DNA of 42,996 nt from Candidatus Heimdallarchaeota archaeon (GTDB taxonomy: Archaea > Asgardarchaeota > Heimdallarchaeia > Heimdallarchaeales > Heimdallarchaeaceae). The stretch spans positions 1 through 42,996 of the forward strand of contig JAAFKJ010000123.1 of the NCBI GenBank assembly GCA_021399395.1, read 5' to 3'. This document shows, piece after piece, positions 38,156 to 42,996 of the stretch; the stretch's first letter is position 1; every line of letters begins with the position of its first letter. The position numbers and the translations under genes are program-made. A model generated the notes under the pieces. It saw only the letters and a list, made by a program, of their open reading frames with translations. It was not told where the DNA came from and searched no databases.

Positions 38156-38355
38156 AATTTTTTTCTAAATTTAGTTTGAATAAAGCTTTGACCATTTTTA
38201 AAGCGGTTCATCAGAATTTATCTTAATTATTGGAATGAAAAAATGAATAGTTGAAAATAAGGATTAAAATCAGAGAAAGCTGAAATAAAGCTTGGTAACA
38301 AAAAATATTTAAAGAAACCATGAAAGGAAAAGCTGGCGAAGGCCTATCGGTAATA

Positions 38356-38433
38356 GGGGCAGTGATCTAGCCTGGCTATGATACCTCCTTGACGTGGAGG
38401 AAGTCGGCGGTTCAAATCCGCTCTGCCCCACCA
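38356..38433 (+). tRNA. tRNA-Val (GAC)
   Basis: GGGGCAG/CTGCCCC acceptor, CCTCC-TT GAC GT-GGAGG, CCA. Confidence 0.95.
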
Positions 38434-38442
38434 CAATTAATT

Positions 38443-39357
38443 TTAAGAAAATAATCCTTCTACGCTTAAATATCTTTGACCAGTGTCGGCAAGGATTGTA
38501 ACAATAGTTCTTCCTTTATTTTCTGGTTCTATAGCAATTTTTTCTGCTGCTGTACAAACCGCTCCCGAACTGATACCTACCAAAATTCCCTCTGATTTAG
38601 CTAACCTTTTACACATATTGTATGCTTCTTCTTGTTTAATAAGTACAATTTCATCAATTATCTCCCTGTCAAGTGTTTCAGGTACAAAACCTGGTGCAGT
38701 TCCCATCATTTTATGAGGTCTGAATATCCCTTGAGAAATGTATGGGGATTCTTGGGGTTCAACAGCAATAAGCTTCACAGATGACTTCATTTCTTTGAGA
38801 TACTTACCTGCTCCACATATTGTACCCCCTGTTCCCAAACCCGCAATTAAGATATCTATTTTCCCTTCAGTATCCTCCCATATTTCTGGACCTGTAGTGA
38901 GATAGTGAGCTCTAGGGTTGGACTGATTGACGTGCTGTCCAACATAGAAGAACTCTGGATTTTCTTTCAGAATCTCTTTTAATTTCTTACGAGAACCTTC
39001 AGTCCCTAATTCTGCAGGTGTTAAAATTAACTCGGCTCCTAAAGCTCTTAATATTTGTCGTCTTTCAATACTCTGTATTTCAGACATAACCAGAATTGCT
39101 TTATATTTTCTTATAGAAGAAATGAGTGCTATCGCCATTCCTGTATTTCCACTTGTACATTCAATAACAGTATCTCCTTCTTTTAACAACCCTTCTTTTT
39201 CAGCATCTTTGAAAATTTGAAAAACTGGTCTATCCTTCAGACTGAAGGGGTTCATGAATTCACATTTACCATATATGTAATCTTCTGGAAAGATTCTGCT
39301 AAGACGGAGAAGTGGTGTATTTCCAATAAGTTCTGTTATATCTTTGATTTTTCTCAT
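38443..39357 (-). CDS. cysK: Cysteine synthase (O-acetylserine sulfhydrylase family)
   Basis: IGNTPL, SLKDR, TSGNTG, GTGGT, GISSGA, DTGQRYLS. Confidence 0.9.
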   Translation of the reverse strand: MRKIKDITELIGNTPLLRLSRIFPEDYIYGKCEFMNPFSLKDRPVFQIFKDAEKEGLLKEGDTVIECTSGNTGMAIALISSIRKYKAILVMSEIQSIERRQILRALGAELILTPAELGTEGSRKKLKEILKENPEFFYVGQHVNQSNPRAHYLTTGPEIWEDTEGKIDILIAGLGTGGTICGAGKYLKEMKSSVKLIAVEPQESPYISQGIFRPHKMMGTAPGFVPETLDREIIDEIVLIKQEEAYNMCKRLAKSEGILVGISSGAVCTAAEKIAIEPENKGRTIVTILADTGQRYLSVEGLFS

Positions 39358-39370
39358 TTTTCAACCTCAT

Positions 39371-40444
39371 TCATATTACTACGTAGAATTTCTTTCTATT
39401 AAGGAAGAAAGCCAATGTCCAAAGAATGACAACACTCACTATTCCTAGAAACATTACAAGAGCAACATGGGTATTGATATCTAAGATCAAGAAGGTCAAA
39501 GCTATCAGTATTGGGTGCAGGATGTACAATAGGAGCGGATTTCTTCCCATCGGTTGCAAAATACTTCTGTTTTTTGTTAATTGTTTCTTATCATAGATGA
39601 ACCATAGCAGCCAGAAAAGAATAGCCCCTAAACCAACAGTGAGTAATATGTAGGATGCAGTAACTCTCTCTTTGGATATCCCTCCAAATTGAGGCCACCC
39701 TGTATATCTCCAAATAACATGCCAAATAATCCCACTAGCTGTAAAAGCTCCTCCACAACCAAGTATAAACCACTTATTTGTTTTTCTAAAATCATCTACT
39801 ATAGCTGTACATAGGAGTAAGAGAATACAAAAACCAATACCTCCTATAATACCCCCATGTTGGTCCATTAGATTCAGATCTCCCAGAAGGATCATTTCTG
39901 TTCCTACTTTTACAGGTATTGTGAGTATATACTGGTAAACTGCTAAACAAACTAGCCCAATTACAAATCTGATAGCTCTGTGGAATTTGATGAAAAACAT
40001 TGTGAATATTCCTGCTAAACCGATTGCTTGTAGAACTCCCCAAGAAAATAAGATGCCATTCTCAGTGAAAAAATACGTGGCACCAAGTGCTCCCATCCCA
40101 TATAAAGCGGCATATCTTCTTAGAAATCTTAGAAATGCTTGATACCAACCCTTTTTTTCATAAGTTTGATTGAAAGACATTGTATAAGTTAAACCAATAG
40201 CAAAAAGGAAGAAAGGAGTTACTAGATCTACATATGTGAGTCCATAATCTAGTGCATGTTTAGACCATGCTGGAACTGTATTAAAAGGTGCAATAACATT
40301 GACAAAAATCATTGAAATTATAGCTAATCCTCTAAAAACATCAATGGAAAGATATCTGGGTTCTTTATTCAACACCTTTTCTTCATTTTCTGATTTGATG
40401 GCTTCAATATTTTCTTCTTGAGTATGTGTAGCACTAACTGCCAT
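39371..40444 (-). CDS. HGSNAT-like membrane acyltransferase
   Basis: RYLSIDVFRGL, DLVTPFFLF, GVLQAIG, MGRNPL; multi-TM. Confidence 0.85.
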   Translation of the reverse strand: MAVSATHTQEENIEAIKSENEEKVLNKEPRYLSIDVFRGLAIISMIFVNVIAPFNTVPAWSKHALDYGLTYVDLVTPFFLFAIGLTYTMSFNQTYEKKGWYQAFLRFLRRYAALYGMGALGATYFFTENGILFSWGVLQAIGLAGIFTMFFIKFHRAIRFVIGLVCLAVYQYILTIPVKVGTEMILLGDLNLMDQHGGIIGGIGFCILLLLCTAIVDDFRKTNKWFILGCGGAFTASGIIWHVIWRYTGWPQFGGISKERVTASYILLTVGLGAILFWLLWFIYDKKQLTKNRSILQPMGRNPLLLYILHPILIALTFLILDINTHVALVMFLGIVSVVILWTLAFFLNRKKFYVVI

Positions 40445-40488
40445 AGGATAACAATTAGGTATAAGGTAAAAATCTTTTCTTAAAAAAA

Positions 40489-41325
40489 CTAAAATCGATC
40501 CAAATCATTACCTGAAATTATTTTTCCGTTATACCTTGTTTTTATTTCCTCTACTAATTCATCTTCTGACTTCCCCCAGAATAGCTGATGATATAGAATC
40601 AGAAGTTTTGGTTTAACTTTTTTAGCTATTTCTCCCAATTCATATGTGGATGTATGCATATTATTGTGATATGCTTGCCAAGTTTGAGGTAACTCTCCAT
40701 AACCCTCTGCTGAGTATACTTCGTGGATTAGGATATCGCATTCAGAATAATATTTGATCAGTTCATTAGAGGGAGCTGTATCACCAGAAATAACGATTAC
40801 TTTGTCAGGAGTATGGATTCTGTATCCATATGCCTTCAATAATCCATGATTAACAGAAAATGCTTCAACTTGAATGTTTGAATCATGAAATATCAGCCCA
40901 GGCTCAACTTCATGAGCGTTTACTTTGTATCCTGTTGTATTGGCTGGTTCCAGACCTTCAGTTCTTGCTCTAATATCCTCTTTGTAAGCTTTCACAATCT
41001 GTTCTGTCATTTGCGCTATTCCTGGAGGACCATAAACCTCTAATGGATTTTGTCTTCCAAGAACCCAAGTAGTAAAAATCAAATCTGGATATCCGATGGT
41101 ATGATCAGAATGTAAATGAGTTAGAAACACCGTTTTTACTGACTTTACATCTATGTTTGCTTCTTTCATTCTCCGAACTATTCCAGAACCAAAATCGAAT
41201 AGATAAGGAATATCGTTAACTAGTATGGCTACACAAGGACCAAATCTATTTGGTAGAGCATTTGGTGTTCCCGTTCCTAAGAGTATCACTGTTGTATTCC
41301 CTAGGTTTTCGTCAGCTATGTGCAT
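40489..41325 (-). CDS. Metallo-beta-lactamase fold hydrolase, RNase Z/arylsulfatase-like
   Basis: LLGTGTP, THLHSDH, SGDT, LIHE, HTS. Confidence 0.9.
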   Translation of the reverse strand: MHIADENLGNTTVILLGTGTPNALPNRFGPCVAILVNDIPYLFDFGSGIVRRMKEANIDVKSVKTVFLTHLHSDHTIGYPDLIFTTWVLGRQNPLEVYGPPGIAQMTEQIVKAYKEDIRARTEGLEPANTTGYKVNAHEVEPGLIFHDSNIQVEAFSVNHGLLKAYGYRIHTPDKVIVISGDTAPSNELIKYYSECDILIHEVYSAEGYGELPQTWQAYHNNMHTSTYELGEIAKKVKPKLLILYHQLFWGKSEDELVEEIKTRYNGKIISGNDLDRF

Positions 41326-41385
41326 TGACTATAGTTTATCTTTAAGATTTAAATAGAAATCGGAAGACAGTATCTTAAGAAGCAA

Positions 41386-42342
41386 ATGACTTTACTAGAA
41401 GAAATACTTGAAGCAGAGGTTAGGATTAGACCCTACATCAAAGAAACCGCATTAGAATATTCCCCAATTTTGAGTAAGATGGGTAACTGTCAGGTTTATC
41501 TTAAACTAGAGAATCAACAAGAAACTGGTTCCTTTAAGATTCGAGGTGCTATGAATAGTTTAATTTTTCTAAGTGAAACAAAAAGCAAAAATTATTTCAT
41601 AACCGCTTCATCAGGAAATCATGGTGTAGCTTTTACTCATGGTGTGAATAAACTGGGGCTTAAAGGAACTATATTCCTACCAGAAAATGCATCCCCTGTT
41701 AAAGTTAAAGCACTAAAGGATCAAAAAATTGAGATCACGTTACATGGAAATGATTGTGTTCAAGCGGAAATGTATGCAAGAAAATATGCAGAGAATAACT
41801 CTATGGATTTTATTTCACCCTATAATGATCTGAAGATTATTGCAGGACAAGGCACTATAGGTATTGAAATAGAAAATCAACTAGGTGTCCCAGATTATGT
41901 TCTTGTTCCAGTGGGAGGAGGTGGTTTAATTTCAGGTATCGCAGGATATCTAAAGAATAAGTTTGAAGAGGTTAAAATCTTCGGATGCCAACCAATTAAT
42001 TCTCCAGTTATGTATGAATCTATAAAAGCTGGAAAGATAATCGATTATGAATCACAACCTACACTATCTGATGGTACTGCTGGAGGTATTGAACCCAATT
42101 CTATAACCTTCAATTATTGTCAGAATTATGTTGATGATTATATCCTAGTTTCAGAAGAGGAAATCAAAAACGCTTTAAGATTGCTTTATGAAGAACATAA
42201 AATGATGGTCGAGGGTGCAGCAGTTTTAACAATTGCTGCATTTATTCAGAAAATTAAAGTTTTTCAAGGATCTAAAGTTGTTCTTCTAATTAGTGGTTCA
42301 AAGATAAGTACGGACGATTTCAAGAAGATTGTTGATCAATAG
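41386..42342 (+). CDS. Threonine/serine dehydratase (no ACT domain)
   Basis: KLENQQETGSFKIRGA, ASSGNHG, PVGGGGL. Confidence 0.92.
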   Translation: MTLLEEILEAEVRIRPYIKETALEYSPILSKMGNCQVYLKLENQQETGSFKIRGAMNSLIFLSETKSKNYFITASSGNHGVAFTHGVNKLGLKGTIFLPENASPVKVKALKDQKIEITLHGNDCVQAEMYARKYAENNSMDFISPYNDLKIIAGQGTIGIEIENQLGVPDYVLVPVGGGGLISGIAGYLKNKFEEVKIFGCQPINSPVMYESIKAGKIIDYESQPTLSDGTAGGIEPNSITFNYCQNYVDDYILVSEEEIKNALRLLYEEHKMMVEGAAVLTIAAFIQKIKVFQGSKVVLLISGSKISTDDFKKIVDQ

Positions 42343-42350
42343 TCATCTGC

Positions 42351-42848
42351 TTAATATTCCTTAAACACTCCAATTTCTAAATTGTCATTTTCTTCTAATA
42401 AATCAAGTTCTATAATAGAACCCATATTCTTTCTATTTAGCAATTCAGTAATCATCAAGTAATCAGAAGGAATGATGTTCTCTCTTTCATTTACAATATC
42501 TTCATTAGAAAACCAACACAATTCTCCCTCATCAGATTCCCTCAATACATCTGATTTTGCCTCAGTCAAGCAAAGAAAGATGAAAAACTGTTTGGATGTT
42601 ATAGTTGTCTTATTGTTTTTTAATTTCTCATTAAGAATTGCCTTGATACCCTTCCACTCAACAGACAAACCTGTTTCTTCTTTTATTTCCCTGAGAAGAG
42701 CTTCTTGAATTCCTTCATCAAAGTTAATTTTTCCTCCTACCAGAGCCCACTTCTGTTGATAGTCTCCCCTTTCTCTTTTGATGAGTAACCATTCCCCATT
42801 ATGTTCAACACCTCCTACAACAATATTAAGAATCCTTTTTTGAGCCAT
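42351..42848 (-). CDS. NUDIX hydrolase
   Basis: GGKINFDEGIQEALLREIKEETGL Nudix box. Confidence 0.92.
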   Translation of the reverse strand: MAQKRILNIVVGGVEHNGEWLLIKRERGDYQQKWALVGGKINFDEGIQEALLREIKEETGLSVEWKGIKAILNEKLKNNKTTITSKQFFIFLCLTEAKSDVLRESDEGELCWFSNEDIVNERENIIPSDYLMITELLNRKNMGSIIELDLLEENDNLEIGVFKEY

Positions 42849-42996
42849 TAATATGCAATTAGAACATTCTAATTCTAAACTTTTGCCCTTATATCTTAAA
42901 ACATCTCATAGTTAGATTTTTGTCATGTAGTCATGTTAAATGGACTAACCATCACTCTGATTGTATGCGTTAGATCAGATATTACTGGAGCTTTTA

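Noticed and set aside
38343-38357. Small hairpin CCTAT/ATAGG overlapping the tRNA-Val 5' end
   Set aside because: Five-bp stem in a probable pre-tRNA leader; too weak to call
701-42708. Remaining 60-110 aa ORFs nested within or antisense to confident genes
   Set aside because: Shadow ORFs with no motifs that fully overlap well-supported CDS

Overview
AT-rich, gene-dense archaeal chromosome segment, most likely from an Asgard archaeon. This rests on a two-domain gelsolin, a BHB-type tRNA intron, TATA-type promoters and many bacterial-type metabolic genes; a Heimdallarchaeia-like lineage is inference only. It holds about 42 CDS, mostly housekeeping or metabolic (partial ilvC, argF, nadX, hydantoinase A/B, cysS, csaA, cysK, an Opp/Dpp ABC operon), and five tRNAs with encoded CCA (Phe with a T-loop intron, Ala, Thr, Asn, Val). 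Main points of interest: (1) an apparently intact IS607 element with an unusually large 647 aa TnpB whose RuvC-III Asp is replaced by His, plus a predictable omegaRNA and ends; (2) an OppB/DppB permease fused to an LVIVD-repeat domain in an operon with no substrate-binding protein; (3) inverted ORB-like boxes suggesting a replication origin with no adjacent orc1/cdc6; (4) a tRNA-Phe 3' exon duplicated from the splice junction; (5) a Flp-like pilin missed by the ORF track; (6) a UUCG-capped structured RNA candidate. All calls come from reading motifs by eye; no searches were run.
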